Source: Myxococcales bacterium (GTDB lineage: Bacteria; Myxococcota_A; UBA9042; JABWCM01). From it: DNA of 64,000 nucleotides. Positions 19,141 to 29,727 of this stretch are shown here, one piece after another. A program made the translations under genes and the position numbers. The stretch covers positions 29,469 through 93,468 of the forward strand of contig JABWCM010000002.1 in the NCBI GenBank assembly GCA_013360285.1, in the 5' to 3' direction. The stretch's first letter is position 1, and each line of letters opens with the position of its first letter. Below the pieces are notes generated by a model. It was not told the DNA's origin. It searched no databases and saw only the letters and a list, made by a program, of their open reading frames with translations.

Positions 19141-20649
19141 ATGGTGAGTGCTGTAGTTGATCCCACCGACATCGTAGTGACTCCACCGATTCAATTACCT
19201 TATAACACTCGTGTTTTTGTGAACCGGACCATTCGATTGGATCGAATCCGTGCCATTGGGTTTGACATGGATTACACCCTGGCGATTTATCGCGCCGAAG
19301 CGGAACGATTAGCGGCAACGTTGGCGGCCCAGCGTCTGGTACATTACTACCGATACCCGGAACAGCTTCTTCAAGACCCATACCAGCCTGGTTTTGCGGC
19401 TCGCGGGTTGGTGATCGACACGTTTGCAGGAAACATATTTAAGATGGATACCCACAAACATGTTGATCGGGTGTATCACGGGACAAGACGTCTCACGAAG
19501 GACGAACGTCGGAAAATTTATCGTACGGGCGCCATCCGACTCGGTAATTCCCGCTACGTCCCTCTTGATACGCTGTTTGAGTTACCGGAGGCGTATCTTT
19601 TTGCCCGCCTGGTGGATTTGGAGGAAAAAGGGGCGCATCGCTCCTCCCTTTCACGGGCGAAGTACGGGTCAATTTACCGTGATGTTCGGGAAAGTATTGA
19701 TTGTGTTCATCGTGACGGCAGCATGAAGTCCGAGATACTGAAGAACATCGAACGTTATCTTGAAAAAGACGACAAATTGCCGATTACCCTTGCACGGTGG
19801 AAAGACGCGGGAAAAGCGTTGTTTGTGGTAACGAACTCGGAGTGGGCGTATACGGAAGCTGTGTTGTCGTACATTTTGAGCGGCTCGGTGTTAGGTCAGG
19901 GGACAATCCTAGATCTGTTTGATATCGTGGTGGCCTCGGCGCAAAAACCCCATTTTTTTCGAAGCCGTACCCCGTTTGAGCGTATCCACACCACTACAGG
20001 TATCGTCACCCCAGAACCGGGTCCGATTCGTGGGTCCGGGATGTACCAACATGGAAATGTTCGCGATTTTGCCCGCGGTACGCTCTGGTCGGAAGACGAT
20101 GTGTTATACGTCGGCGACCATATTTACGGTGACATGCGGCGATCCAAAAAAGCGACCGCGTGGCGCACAGCCATGATCGTGCCCGAAATGGATCATGAGT
20201 TGTTGATGACGGAGCAATTGCGGGATCGGATCGAAGAACGAAATCGTTTGGAAATCCAACGGCGAGAAATCGATGATGAGATGATTCAAACTCAGCTTAG
20301 ATTAGAGGAATGGATCGCAGTGCGGCGCCGAAACCTTGATGGAGAATTCAGAAATCTCGACGAATGGATCGTTACTTTGGAGAAAGAGTTGGAATCCGGA
20401 CGCCAACGAATGCTCGAAGTCAATGCCCAGATAAAAAAGTGCTCGGCCGAAATTGACGACGAGTTCAGTTCAACATGGGGGCCGCTGTTCAAAAGTCGCG
20501 GCGAACATAGCGCCTTTGGCGCGCAGGTCGAAGATTATGCGTGTGTATATACGTCGCGGGTCAGTAACTTTGGCGCCTATTCGCCAAACCAGTACTTTCG
20601 TACACCTCGGGACTTTTTGCCTCACGAACGGGTTCGAGTTAACGACTAA
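19141..20649 (+). CDS. HAD-IG family 5-prime-nucleotidase (cytosolic purine nucleotidase-like)
   Basis: HAD motif I is in AIGFDMDYTLAIY, with later FVVTNS and YVGDHIYGD blocks and a long coiled C-terminal tail. The ATG at 19141 follows an AAGGAG by ~12 nt. The ORF-track start at 19132 is an alternative codon. Confidence 0.75.
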   Translation: MVSAVVDPTDIVVTPPIQLPYNTRVFVNRTIRLDRIRAIGFDMDYTLAIYRAEAERLAATLAAQRLVHYYRYPEQLLQDPYQPGFAARGLVIDTFAGNIFKMDTHKHVDRVYHGTRRLTKDERRKIYRTGAIRLGNSRYVPLDTLFELPEAYLFARLVDLEEKGAHRSSLSRAKYGSIYRDVRESIDCVHRDGSMKSEILKNIERYLEKDDKLPITLARWKDAGKALFVVTNSEWAYTEAVLSYILSGSVLGQGTILDLFDIVVASAQKPHFFRSRTPFERIHTTTGIVTPEPGPIRGSGMYQHGNVRDFARGTLWSEDDVLYVGDHIYGDMRRSKKATAWRTAMIVPEMDHELLMTEQLRDRIEERNRLEIQRREIDDEMIQTQLRLEEWIAVRRRNLDGEFRNLDEWIVTLEKELESGRQRMLEVNAQIKKCSAEIDDEFSSTWGPLFKSRGEHSAFGAQVEDYACVYTSRVSNFGAYSPNQYFRTPRDFLPHERVRVND

Positions 20650-21496
20650 TTGGACCCGGAATGAGTCGTTGTAGTTCTTTTTGCGGAAGCTCCGACACCA
20701 ATGTAGTCACCGTAGATTCCCCCTGACCAAAACTGACCAGGTTATAACCTTGGTGTTGTCCGTGGTTAAATAACTTACCATCCACTGGAAAACTGCCCGG
20801 TGCCATGTATTGAAGCGCCGATATCCTCCGTCCACCGTGATCATAGGTATACAAAATGACCGGTGATGCACCAAACTGTACGACGCGGGCACCCAACAGC
20901 CGTGTTTCAAACGTTTCCACCAACGGTGGCCTCAGCGGAAATTCTTTGCTGCTTAGATAACGTTGGACGGTGTCTTCGTTCCCCTGCACGTCCAGCGGCG
21001 GATTCCCTTGATGCGTTGTGATGGCCGTGTCGGTGGTTTGTTCGATCGGTATCGGAAAAGAGTCGTTGGCGGAAACAAAACCTCCTCCGATTCCGGCGCC
21101 AAGAATGGCAACGTTGCCTTCGCCACTTTCCGGAAGATTGGCCACTTGTTGCCAACCGCCGAACGTCGTAAACAATAGTCCTGCTGCCAACGAACCGCCT
21201 AACCACGCTGCGCTTCGGTAATTTAAGCGCCGGTGTGGTAATGCAGCCACGCGGCTCGGCTCAGATATTGTTTGGGATTTGTCCAACGCTCCGCAGATTT
21301 TTTGCCGCAGGCTGTCCGGAGCAGTTGTCGGACGTAGATGATTTCGGAGCCGGACGCGGAAATGTTCCTCAAATCGAACCAAATTGCGGCACCCAGCGCA
21401 ATGAGCAACATGGGTTTCAAATTCCAACGACTCACGTTTATCGAATTCTTCGTCGAGATACACGTAGATAAACTTTTGTACATCACGACAGTTCAT
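20639..21496 (-). CDS. anti-sigma factor (zf-HC2 type), single-pass membrane protein
   Basis: The N-terminus MNCRDVQKFIYVYLDEE...HVAHCAGCRN matches H-x3-C-x2-C. There is a central TM segment (AAWLGGSLAAGLLFTTFGGW). The gene lies downstream of an ECF sigma gene. Confidence 0.8.
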   Translation of the reverse strand: MNCRDVQKFIYVYLDEEFDKRESLEFETHVAHCAGCRNLVRFEEHFRVRLRNHLRPTTAPDSLRQKICGALDKSQTISEPSRVAALPHRRLNYRSAAWLGGSLAAGLLFTTFGGWQQVANLPESGEGNVAILGAGIGGGFVSANDSFPIPIEQTTDTAITTHQGNPPLDVQGNEDTVQRYLSSKEFPLRPPLVETFETRLLGARVVQFGASPVILYTYDHGGRRISALQYMAPGSFPVDGKLFNHGQHQGYNLVSFGQGESTVTTLVSELPQKELQRLIPGPISR

Positions 21497-21585
21497 AACA
21501 CACCAGTATCTGTTGCATCGGGTTATTCGGGGGCTTTATGCCCGTTTTTTGTGCCTTGGAGAAAAAGGATGCCGTAAATTTTGTT

Positions 21586-22287
21586 TTAGGCACCGTGACT
21601 TGCTGTTTTCTTTTGCCGGTACTCGCTCAGGGAGATGGCTCCGTCGGCTTTTGTTTCTTGGCTTTCGATGGAAATCGAACCGGTGATCACGCCTTGTTGT
21701 TGGGCATAATCAAAGAGCTGCTTCTGTAACAGCCGTCGACCACGAAAAATTCGACTCATCACCGTGCCCACTGGGCAATCCATAATGTCGGCAATCTCTT
21801 TGTAGCTAAAATCTTGTAAGTCAGCGAGAACAACGGCGGTCCGAAAATCTGGAGGCAGGGATTCAAGCGCTTGCCGGACCTGGTCACCAAACATGCGGCT
21901 TAGGAATCCGGCTTCCGGGTCCAGAAGATGAGCTGAATGTTCGCTGGCTCCGCTGTCTCGGTCGTGGGTGTCCACTTCTTCCAAAAACGACATCTCCCTA
22001 ACCGGTCGCCGTGTTTTGTTCAGAAACGTGTTTGTCATGATCCGGAACAACCAGGCGCGACAATTGGTCCCCTGCTCGTATTTGTCGAAGTGACGGAACG
22101 CTTTTAGAAACGTCTCCTGGGTTAGATCCTCTGCATCTCGTTCGTTACGGGTCAGATACAAAGCGGAACCGTAGATTGCATCCATATGAACCAGCGCTTC
22201 TTCTTCAAAGCGCGTTCTGGCTTTGCCAACTCGAAATTTTCCGAAACTGAATCCCACGGTAACTCCCTTTTTTGGTTGAAGACACAT
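21586..22287 (-). CDS. ECF-type RNA polymerase sigma factor
   Basis: Region 2 (DAEDLTQETFLKAF, WLFRIMTNTFL) and region 4 (DFSYKEIADIMDCPVGTVMSRIFRGR) are present, followed by a ~45-aa C-terminal tail. The start codon is uncertain. Confidence 0.85.
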   Translation of the reverse strand: MCLQPKKGVTVGFSFGKFRVGKARTRFEEEALVHMDAIYGSALYLTRNERDAEDLTQETFLKAFRHFDKYEQGTNCRAWLFRIMTNTFLNKTRRPVREMSFLEEVDTHDRDSGASEHSAHLLDPEAGFLSRMFGDQVRQALESLPPDFRTAVVLADLQDFSYKEIADIMDCPVGTVMSRIFRGRRLLQKQLFDYAQQQGVITGSISIESQETKADGAISLSEYRQKKTASHGA

Positions 22288-22377
22288 TGTGCCTTACAAG
22301 CGATGACGGGGTTCAAAACACAACCAGTCAGGACCTTATTCCATAGAATTTGACAGAAAAATTGAACCGCCAGGTGG

Positions 22378-22526
22378 CTGGTGTTTTTTAGGGGAATTTT
22401 TGGCCAGTCGGATTTTCGCTGGATCGTCCGGAAAAATCCTGAGTCATATCGGGATATGGCGCAGGGATTTTTGCGGGCGAGGCGGCAAAATATGGCCAGG
22501 ACAAAAATTTCATCTAAAAACACCAG
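22378..22526 (-). mobile_element. MITE-like element, divergent family A/C hybrid (reverse orientation)
   Basis: Termini are CTGGTGTTTTTTAGGGGAATTTTT / AAAAATTTCATCTAAAAACACCAG. The internal core catatcgggatatggcgcagggattttt is the reverse complement of the family A core aaaaatccYgcgccatattcccgata. Confidence 0.6.
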
Positions 22527-22556
22527 GCACCTAGAACGCAGGGCCGAACCGTTTCA

Positions 22557-23672
22557 CTAACCAAACAACGAATCCAATGAGCGATACTCGTATCCTAGGC
22601 TGTCCGCAACGGCGTCGTGGGTGACGTATCCTCGGTAACAGTTAACACCGCGTGCCAACGCCTTATCTTTCTTTGTCGCTTCTTTCAAGCCAAGCCCAGC
22701 CAACGTTCTTGCTCCAGAAATGGTTGCATTTGTCAGGGCAAAAGTCGAAGTGTGAGCCACGGCACCCGGCATGTTTGTGACACAATAGTGAACCACTCCG
22801 TCCACCAAATATGTCGGGTTGTCATGGGTCGTGGGATGCACGGTTTCAATACATCCGCCCTGATCCACACTTACATCGACGACCACAGAACCAGGCTGCA
22901 TACTCCGGACCATTTCCGCGGACACGAGGTTTGGCGCCTTTGCCCCGGGAACCAATACCGCGCCGATCAACAAGTCGGCTCGTTGGACACTTTCTTTGAG
23001 TGTTGCGGCATCGGAGTACAGCGTAATGGCCCGTCCATTGAAAACATCATCCAAATATGCCAATCGTTTTAGCGACTTGTCTAGGATTCGTACCTGCGCT
23101 CCCAACCCCAGCGCCATTTTTGCTGCGTTGGTTCCAACGACTCCCCCGCCGATAATTGTAACCCGACCGGGGCGAACACCGGGCACACCGCCCAGCAACA
23201 ACCCTTTGCCGCCATGTTCTTTTTCCAGACAGACCGCGCCGACTTGCACCGACATTCTTCCCGCGACTTCGCTCATCGGGCGAAGCAGCGGCAAGGAGCC
23301 GTCCTCCAATTCAATGGTTTCATAGGCTACGGCAGCGACTTGTTTGTCGACCAAAACCCGCGCCAACTCGGGTACCGCGGCAAGATGGAAATAGGTGTAA
23401 ATGAGCTGACCGGGTTGAATCAGTGCGTATTCCGACGGGATAGGTTCCTTGACCTTGACGATCATTTCAGCGTTTTCCCAGATATCTCTTGCAGTTGGCA
23501 GCATTTCTGCTCCCATTTCCACAAATGCTGCGTCGGAAATCCCGCTTCCTTCTCCTGCACCTTTTTGGACCAAAACCCGATGGCCGTCTTCCACAAGGGC
23601 AGAAACGCCTGCCGGCACCATACCTACGCGATATTCCCGAACTTTTACTTCACTGGGTACTCCGATAATCAC
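22557..23672 (-). CDS. ald: alanine dehydrogenase
   Basis: The family N-terminus (V)[19 protein letters not shown] and the NAD site IIGGGVVG are present. The GTG at 23672 is preceded by AAGAGGAG at ~7 nt. The ORF-track start at 23738 would add 22 atypical residues. Confidence 0.9.
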   Translation of the reverse strand: MIIGVPSEVKVREYRVGMVPAGVSALVEDGHRVLVQKGAGEGSGISDAAFVEMGAEMLPTARDIWENAEMIVKVKEPIPSEYALIQPGQLIYTYFHLAAVPELARVLVDKQVAAVAYETIELEDGSLPLLRPMSEVAGRMSVQVGAVCLEKEHGGKGLLLGGVPGVRPGRVTIIGGGVVGTNAAKMALGLGAQVRILDKSLKRLAYLDDVFNGRAITLYSDAATLKESVQRADLLIGAVLVPGAKAPNLVSAEMVRSMQPGSVVVDVSVDQGGCIETVHPTTHDNPTYLVDGVVHYCVTNMPGAVAHTSTFALTNATISGARTLAGLGLKEATKKDKALARGVNCYRGYVTHDAVADSLGYEYRSLDSLFG

Positions 23673-23878
23673 AGCGTGCTCCTCTTTTTGGAATCCCTTG
23701 CCCCAATCGTTTTCAATTTTGGTTTGTCTGCGGTACATCCATTACTTCGGCGCCAAACGTTGGACCGACTCTTGACCCGCATTAGGCGCGGGAACCATAT
23801 CAAATACTGCAGTCGCTCGACAAGCCGGAATCGTGGGTCCGCTGCCATCGCCGATGTTATTGATGAAGCGACACTTTT

Positions 23879-25054
23879 TTGTGGAAAGTGAAGGTGAAAA
23901 TCACATACCTCGATTATAACGCAACGTCTCCTCTTTGTGCCGACGCGAAGCAGGCGGTTTTGCCTTTTTTGGACTCCTATTACGAAAATCCGAGCAGCCC
24001 ATATGGTTCCGCTCGATTCGTTCGTAAGGCTATCCAGGCGGCTCGCCGGCAAGTCGCTGCTTCTATTTCTGCATTGCCGAGCGAAATCCTGTTTACAAGC
24101 GGCGGCACGGAAGCCACCAATCTCGCGATTCGAGGGATGATCGCCTCCGTTCGCCAGAGTGGACCCATGTTGTTACGACCCCATATTGTAACCAGTGCGG
24201 TTGAACACTCCGCGACGCTGGATACGGTCCGATCGCTTGAGCACGCGGGACTTGCCGAAGTTACCGTGGTGCCCGTGGACCACAACGGGTTATGGGTGCC
24301 GGAAACGATTATGCAGGCGTTGCGCCCAACCACGATCCTTGTCACCGTTATGTTGGCGAATAACGAAACCGGGGCTCTTTACCCGGTCTCCGCTTTAAGT
24401 GAGCAACTAAACCCACGTGCCGTTGCCCTTCACGTGGATGCGGTTCAAGCGTATGGAAAGATTCCACTGGATTGGTCACAGTCGGGGTGGACAGCGATGA
24501 GTTTGAGTGCCCACAAAATCGGTGGGCTGAAGGGTTCGGGGGCATTGTGTTTACGTGCCGGCTCTAAGTGGGTCTCGACGATGACCGGTGGCAGCCAGGA
24601 GCAGGCCCGCCGCGGGGGAACCGAAAACGTGCTCGGTATTGTGGCTTTTGGCGCCGCCTCATCACGGATTTCCGATAACTTAGCAGCAGCACCGCGTGTA
24701 CTGGCACAACGGGACCGATTGGAAACCGGACTGCGTTCCTTCGAAAACACAACGATTCACGCCGCAGCGGTACCGCGATTGGCTAATACGACCAGCGTGC
24801 GGTTTGATGGTGTCGATGCCGAAAGCGTGATCATCCACCTTGATCTCCAAGGTTTCTGCGTGTCGGCGGGCAGCGCTTGCACCACGGGTTCCACCCGTCC
24901 AAGCCACGTTTTGACCGCGATGGGTCTCTGTCCGATGGAGGCGTTCAGCACGATCCGAATTTCTTTGGGACCCGAAACCGAAGACAACGATATCGACCGC
25001 TTGATCGAAGCGTTAACTTACTTGATTCCAAAGTTGCGGCACGGTGAAAACTGA
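23879..25054 (+). CDS. cysteine desulfurase (NifS/IscS-like class V aminotransferase)
   Basis: YLDYNATSPL, the PLP lysine in SAHKIGGLKGSGAL, and the active-site Cys in SAGSACTTG are present. The start is uncertain: TTG 23879 or a GTG within the next 15 nt. Confidence 0.88.
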   Translation: MWKVKVKITYLDYNATSPLCADAKQAVLPFLDSYYENPSSPYGSARFVRKAIQAARRQVAASISALPSEILFTSGGTEATNLAIRGMIASVRQSGPMLLRPHIVTSAVEHSATLDTVRSLEHAGLAEVTVVPVDHNGLWVPETIMQALRPTTILVTVMLANNETGALYPVSALSEQLNPRAVALHVDAVQAYGKIPLDWSQSGWTAMSLSAHKIGGLKGSGALCLRAGSKWVSTMTGGSQEQARRGGTENVLGIVAFGAASSRISDNLAAAPRVLAQRDRLETGLRSFENTTIHAAAVPRLANTTSVRFDGVDAESVIIHLDLQGFCVSAGSACTTGSTRPSHVLTAMGLCPMEAFSTIRISLGPETEDNDIDRLIEALTYLIPKLRHGEN

Positions 25055-25087
25055 CGGGATTTATAATAGAACCGGGGTTTTGGTGGG

Positions 25088-26635
25088 CTAATAACGATAA
25101 TAGTCTGGCTTGTACGGTCCGTCGGGGGAGACCCCGATGTAGTCAGCTTGTTCGGGAGTCAGGGTGGTTAAGTTTGCACCGAGTTTGGACAAATGTAACC
25201 GGGCAACGTGTTCATCGAGCTTTTTCGGAAGCACTATCACCGATTTTCCGTAAATTTCCGCGTTTCGGTGCAGTTCCAACTGCGCTAAGACTTGGTTGGT
25301 AAAGCTCGCTGACATCACAAAACTCGGATGTCCAGTGGCACAGCCCAGGTTGACCAGGCGACCTTCGGCCAATACGATGATCGAGTGGCCTTTGCCGCCC
25401 GGACCATGGGTGGTATTACGAAATCGCCATTCGTGTACCTGCGGTTTGATTTCGATTTTTTCAACCTCTCCCAAACCACGTTTTTTTTCCAGTCCCGCCA
25501 TGTCGATTTCGTTGTCAAAGTGACCAATATTACAGACAATGGCGTTGTGTTTCATACGTTCCATGTGGTCGGCGCTGATGACCGACCGGTTGCCCGTTGC
25601 CGTGACAAACAGGTCGTAAGTTTCCACAACTTCGTCTAAAGTGACCACATCGATCCCCCGCATACAGGCTTGTAGTGCACAAATCGGGTCAATTTCCGTG
25701 ACGGCTACTTTACAGGACTGCCCCTGCAACGACTCGACCGAGCCCTTGCCGACGTCTCCATAACCACACACCAGCGCACGTTTTCCCGCCAACATCACGT
25801 CAGTCGCCCGCATCACGGCGTCCACCAACGAGTGACGGCATCCATATAAGTTATCGAATTTACTCTTGGTTACCGAATCGTTGACGTTGATGGCGGGAAA
25901 CAACAATGTCCCGTCTTCCACCATTCGATACAAACGATGGACCCCGGTGGTGGTTTCTTCAGAAACCCCTCTTACCGTGCTTACAAGATTGGTCCAAAAA
26001 CGATTACCCTTCGCGGCACGAACTTCGTGTAACAGCGTTAAAATGATAGACAATTCAGCGTTATCCGCCGATTCGGGGCTTGGGATTTCCCCATGCGTTT
26101 CGTATTGTGCTCCCATGTGCAACAACAGTGTCGCGTCCCCCCCGTCGTCAACGATCAGTGTGGGTCCTTGTCCTTCCGGCCAAATCAACGCTTGAAGAGT
26201 ACACCACCAATATTCAGCCAACGTTTCGCCTTTCCAAGCGAAAACCGGAACACCTTTCGGTGTGGCCGGTGTGCCGCCCAGTTCTGGACTGCCGATGGCA
26301 ACGCCGGCTGCGGCATGGTCCTGGGTAGAGAAAATATTGCAGGATACCCAACGAACCGACGCGCCGAGTTTTACCAATGTTTCAATGAGAACCGCAGTTT
26401 GGACCGTCATGTGCAGCGATCCCATAATCCTGGCGCCGGCAAGTGGACGTTGCACGGCGTATTGTTCCCGTAACGCCATCAACCCCGGCATCTCGTGTTC
26501 GGCAAGTTCGATTTCTTTGCGGCCGAAAGTAACGGTTTTGGCGGTGGTATCCGCAACCTTATAACCAAGGTTGGAAAACAAGGGCAGACCCGTATCCAAA
26601 AAGGTCGGCGATGAGGTTTTGAAAGCGACGGTCAT
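25088..26635 (-). CDS. ahcY: adenosylhomocysteinase
   Basis: YKVAD...[21 protein letters not shown], the NAD site [10 protein letters not shown], and the C-terminal [10 protein letters not shown] are present. The first ATG of the conserved part is codon 50 of the track ORF (26635). The upstream 49 codons begin at a TTG and look non-coding. Confidence 0.92.
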   Translation of the reverse strand: MTVAFKTSSPTFLDTGLPLFSNLGYKVADTTAKTVTFGRKEIELAEHEMPGLMALREQYAVQRPLAGARIMGSLHMTVQTAVLIETLVKLGASVRWVSCNIFSTQDHAAAGVAIGSPELGGTPATPKGVPVFAWKGETLAEYWWCTLQALIWPEGQGPTLIVDDGGDATLLLHMGAQYETHGEIPSPESADNAELSIILTLLHEVRAAKGNRFWTNLVSTVRGVSEETTTGVHRLYRMVEDGTLLFPAINVNDSVTKSKFDNLYGCRHSLVDAVMRATDVMLAGKRALVCGYGDVGKGSVESLQGQSCKVAVTEIDPICALQACMRGIDVVTLDEVVETYDLFVTATGNRSVISADHMERMKHNAIVCNIGHFDNEIDMAGLEKKRGLGEVEKIEIKPQVHEWRFRNTTHGPGGKGHSIIVLAEGRLVNLGCATGHPSFVMSASFTNQVLAQLELHRNAEIYGKSVIVLPKKLDEHVARLHLSKLGANLTTLTPEQADYIGVSPDGPYKPDYYRY

Positions 26636-26926
26636 CTTGATTGCTCCGTACGGTAAGCTGACTTTTTTTCGACAAATGGGTGGTGCGACTCGACCACAAA
26701 CTGTCCGGTTGCATAACCTATTGACTGGCTTCCAAGCAAGCCGTTTCTGAGGTAGCACCGTTGTTCCGAAAGTTTTGGGCAAAAGCGACAGGGTTGTGAT
26801 TGCGGAATTTCAACAATCGCCACACCTTTTCCTCACAAATAGTGCGTTATCTGCAAAATTCAGGTAGGCTGCGCCACTTAGGGCACGGCCCGACGAACGG
26901 ATTCGTATTGTGAATGAAGGAGCTTT

Positions 26927-29353
26927 ATGCGCAGGTCGTTTGTCATCTCTTTTGTCGTCTCGCTGGGTTTGTTGATGTTGTCCGCGTGTGGTGGCGAGTC
27001 TGATCCAAATAATAATGTTACACAGGATACACAGGTCGAAGTCGATACCGGTTCCGACGACGCGGTCGCTGATACAGGCGATACCGAAGCAGATGATATC
27101 GGTGGGTCGTCGGACGTACCGATTGTTCCGGATACACAACAACCTGCCGATGTTGCTGTCGATCCAGACGTTCCCGATACATCTGCGACCGCCTGCGAGA
27201 CCGTTGACGATTGTGGTAGTGTATTGGAAGCAACCGAGTGCCACAAGGTGGAGTGCCAAGCCAAACAATGTGTTCTGGTGCAGGACAAAGCCGGAACGCC
27301 CTGTGACGATGGCAACGCATGTACGGCAGGGGAATCGTGTTCTTCCGGTGCGGATTGTGGTGGCGGCACCACTATCGAGTGTGACGATGGCAACAACTGT
27401 ACTGCAGACGCCTGCCAACCCCAAAGTGGTTGTGTGTTTCTACCCAAATCCGGAATTTGTGACGATGGCGACATTTGTACGACCGGAGACAAGTGCACCG
27501 CCGAGGGTGGATGTGCCGGAACAACCCCCCTATTGTGCGATGACGGCAACGAGTGTACCGATGACACCTGTCTGCACCCAGCCGGATGCGAACACACGGT
27601 GTTGACCGATGTACCCTGCACCGACGGGAGTGCATGTACGGAAAACGACCAGTGCGTCGAAGGCACCTGCAAGGGTGGCGAAAGCCTGACCTGCGATGAT
27701 GGAATTCTTTGTACAACGGATGTTTGTGACCCAAACGTCGGCTGCGTTGCCAACTATGCAAATGGGCTGCTTTGTGATGACGGCAATGCGTGTACGTCGG
27801 GCGACGCGTGTCATGACGGGGTTTGTGTCGGCGGCACCGCGGTTGTCTGCGACGATGCCAATCTGTGTACCGATGACCAGTGTATGCCAGAAACTGGGTG
27901 TGTAAGCACCTGGAATACCGCCGGATGTGACGATGCCAATCCGTGTACCGTTACCGACGCCTGCCAAGACGGCGCGTGTATTGGGACGGGTGCTCCGGAA
28001 TGTGATGATGGCGACCCCTGTACAGCGGACACTTGTGATCCCAAGAAGGGTTGTGTTTTCAAAGCCTCCAGTGGCACTGCGTGTGAGGATGGTAACGCCT
28101 GTACGTCCGGCGATACGTGCCAAACCGGCGTATGCAAAGCCGGTACCGCGGTTGTATGCAACGACAGCAATCCTTGCACCACTGACAGTTGTACTCCGGA
28201 AGCCGGATGCCAATATACGGACAACGACAAGATCTGCGACGACAAAAACCCCTGTACAATTGGCGATATATGCACTGCCGGCGCGTGTGTTGGAACGTCG
28301 GAAAAAAACTGCAACGACAACAACGAATGTACTTCCGACAGTTGTCATCCCGTCTACGGCTGCGTTTACACCTTCAACATGGCGCCGTGTGATGACAACA
28401 ATGCGTGTACCGATGGTGAATTTTGCCTTCTTGGTGCTTGCGCCGGTGGGATCGGATCGTTATGTGATGACGGTAATCTTTGTACTGATGACGTATGCAA
28501 CCCCGAGTTGGGATGCACCAATCCACCCAATGACGACCCATGCGATGACCAAGACGCATGCACCAAAGGAGAAACCTGCAAAGACGGCGTGTGCCAGCCG
28601 GGTAACCCGATAGCCAACTGTTGTTATGAAGATTCCGATTGTAATGACGGAAACAATATTTGTACCAACGATGTCTGCAAAAACAACTTCTGTCAGTACA
28701 TTTCCACTGGGGTTTCGGGGTGTTGCACCACGTCCCCGAACTGCAACGACAACAATCCCTGCACAACCGATGCTTGTTTAGGTGGCGGAATTTGTAAACA
28801 AACCAATAACACCATTGCCTGCGACGACGGAAATGCCTGCACAACCGGCGACAAATGTGGCAACGGTGTCTGTGTCCCTGGTCCGGTCAAGGTGAATTGC
28901 TGCTTAACCGACAAAGACTGCGATGATGGAGACGATTTGTGCACCATTGATACTTGCGTGGGCAACGTCTGTAAGTTTGCGGGAACCGGATTGGCGGAAT
29001 GCTGCGGGGACGGCCAATGTACGGCCGGTGAAACCTGCCAGAATTGCCTCGTAGACTGCGGTGTTTGTTGCGGAAACGGGGTCTGTGATTTTGGTGAAAA
29101 ATGTTCCACTTGTTCCAAAGACTGTGGTTCTTGCTGCGGTAATAAAATCTGCGATCCCGGCGAAAATTGTTCCAATTGCTCCGGCGACTGCAATTGCGGC
29201 GGCGGGCAAGGCTGTTTCACCGGGGCGGCCGGTTGTGGCGGCTGCCCGTGCCAATCCTGTGTTTGCGGTATGGACTCCTTTTGCTGCACGACCGCATGGG
29301 ACAGTATCTGTGTCAGCGAATGTTCCTCCAACTGTGGTTTTCCCTGCCCTTAA
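26927..29353 (+). CDS. secreted Cys-rich repeat lipoprotein (CxDGNxCTxDxC repeats) with distinct C-terminal Cys modules
   Basis: Lipobox LLMLSAC-GG is followed by an acidic linker, then ~20 tandem ~38-aa C-DDGN-CT-D-C repeats (Myxococcus-type Cys-rich repeat pattern). Next come three CG(D/N)GxCxxGExCxxCxxDC(G/N)xC units, and the tail is CVCGMDSFCCTTAWDSICVSEC. Confidence 0.8.
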   Translation: MRRSFVISFVVSLGLLMLSACGGESDPNNNVTQDTQVEVDTGSDDAVADTGDTEADDIGGSSDVPIVPDTQQPADVAVDPDVPDTSATACETVDDCGSVLEATECHKVECQAKQCVLVQDKAGTPCDDGNACTAGESCSSGADCGGGTTIECDDGNNCTADACQPQSGCVFLPKSGICDDGDICTTGDKCTAEGGCAGTTPLLCDDGNECTDDTCLHPAGCEHTVLTDVPCTDGSACTENDQCVEGTCKGGESLTCDDGILCTTDVCDPNVGCVANYANGLLCDDGNACTSGDACHDGVCVGGTAVVCDDANLCTDDQCMPETGCVSTWNTAGCDDANPCTVTDACQDGACIGTGAPECDDGDPCTADTCDPKKGCVFKASSGTACEDGNACTSGDTCQTGVCKAGTAVVCNDSNPCTTDSCTPEAGCQYTDNDKICDDKNPCTIGDICTAGACVGTSEKNCNDNNECTSDSCHPVYGCVYTFNMAPCDDNNACTDGEFCLLGACAGGIGSLCDDGNLCTDDVCNPELGCTNPPNDDPCDDQDACTKGETCKDGVCQPGNPIANCCYEDSDCNDGNNICTNDVCKNNFCQYISTGVSGCCTTSPNCNDNNPCTTDACLGGGICKQTNNTIACDDGNACTTGDKCGNGVCVPGPVKVNCCLTDKDCDDGDDLCTIDTCVGNVCKFAGTGLAECCGDGQCTAGETCQNCLVDCGVCCGNGVCDFGEKCSTCSKDCGSCCGNKICDPGENCSNCSGDCNCGGGQGCFTGAAGCGGCPCQSCVCGMDSFCCTTAWDSICVSECSSNCGFPCP

Positions 29354-29492
29354 ATTGATTTTTCACAAACTCTCACTATTCCGTTCACTTAATTTAAGGT
29401 ACTGTCCGTCTCATTTTGTGCTCATACAGCCCCAGTTACACCGCCCAATCCCTTTGTGTCTCGGCGTCGTGGCTCCGAATCTGCCGGGCTAT

Positions 29493-29654
29493 GAGGTTGG
29501 GAAAAAATAGCTACATGCCCCAATTCCGGCCGCTTCTGGCCCCATTGGTCCCGAAAAAGATTTCGCAATATGCCCGATATTACTCAACTTTTTCAAAACC
29601 AATGTGGCGCAAAATCGGCTGACTTGGGTCATGTCCAACTATTTTCACAACCTC
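29493..29654 (+). mobile_element. MITE-like element, family A
   Basis: 162 bp with termini GAGGTTGGGAAAAAATAGC...AACTATTTTCACAACCTC. It is flanked by TAT on both sides (29490-29492, 29655-29657). Its core aligns with the copies at 54645, 55244 and 40684. Confidence 0.7.
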
Positions 29655-29727
29655 TATGGCTGGTCAAATGATGAGCATTTGATATATCGGCGGCGGTGTT
29701 GTGCTCGTTTGGAATGGTGTGGTGGTT

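Noticed and set aside
26636-26782. 49-codon N-terminal extension of the ahcY track ORF. Similar extensions occur on ald (23673-23738), the fic ORF (41464-41652), the acyl-CoA synthetase (29701-29727) and the hydrogenase small and large subunit ORFs.
   Set aside because: The extensions begin at alternative start codons or lack family-conserved sequence. Internal starts coincide with canonical family N-termini and, where checked, with Shine-Dalgarno motifs or coupling to the upstream stop.
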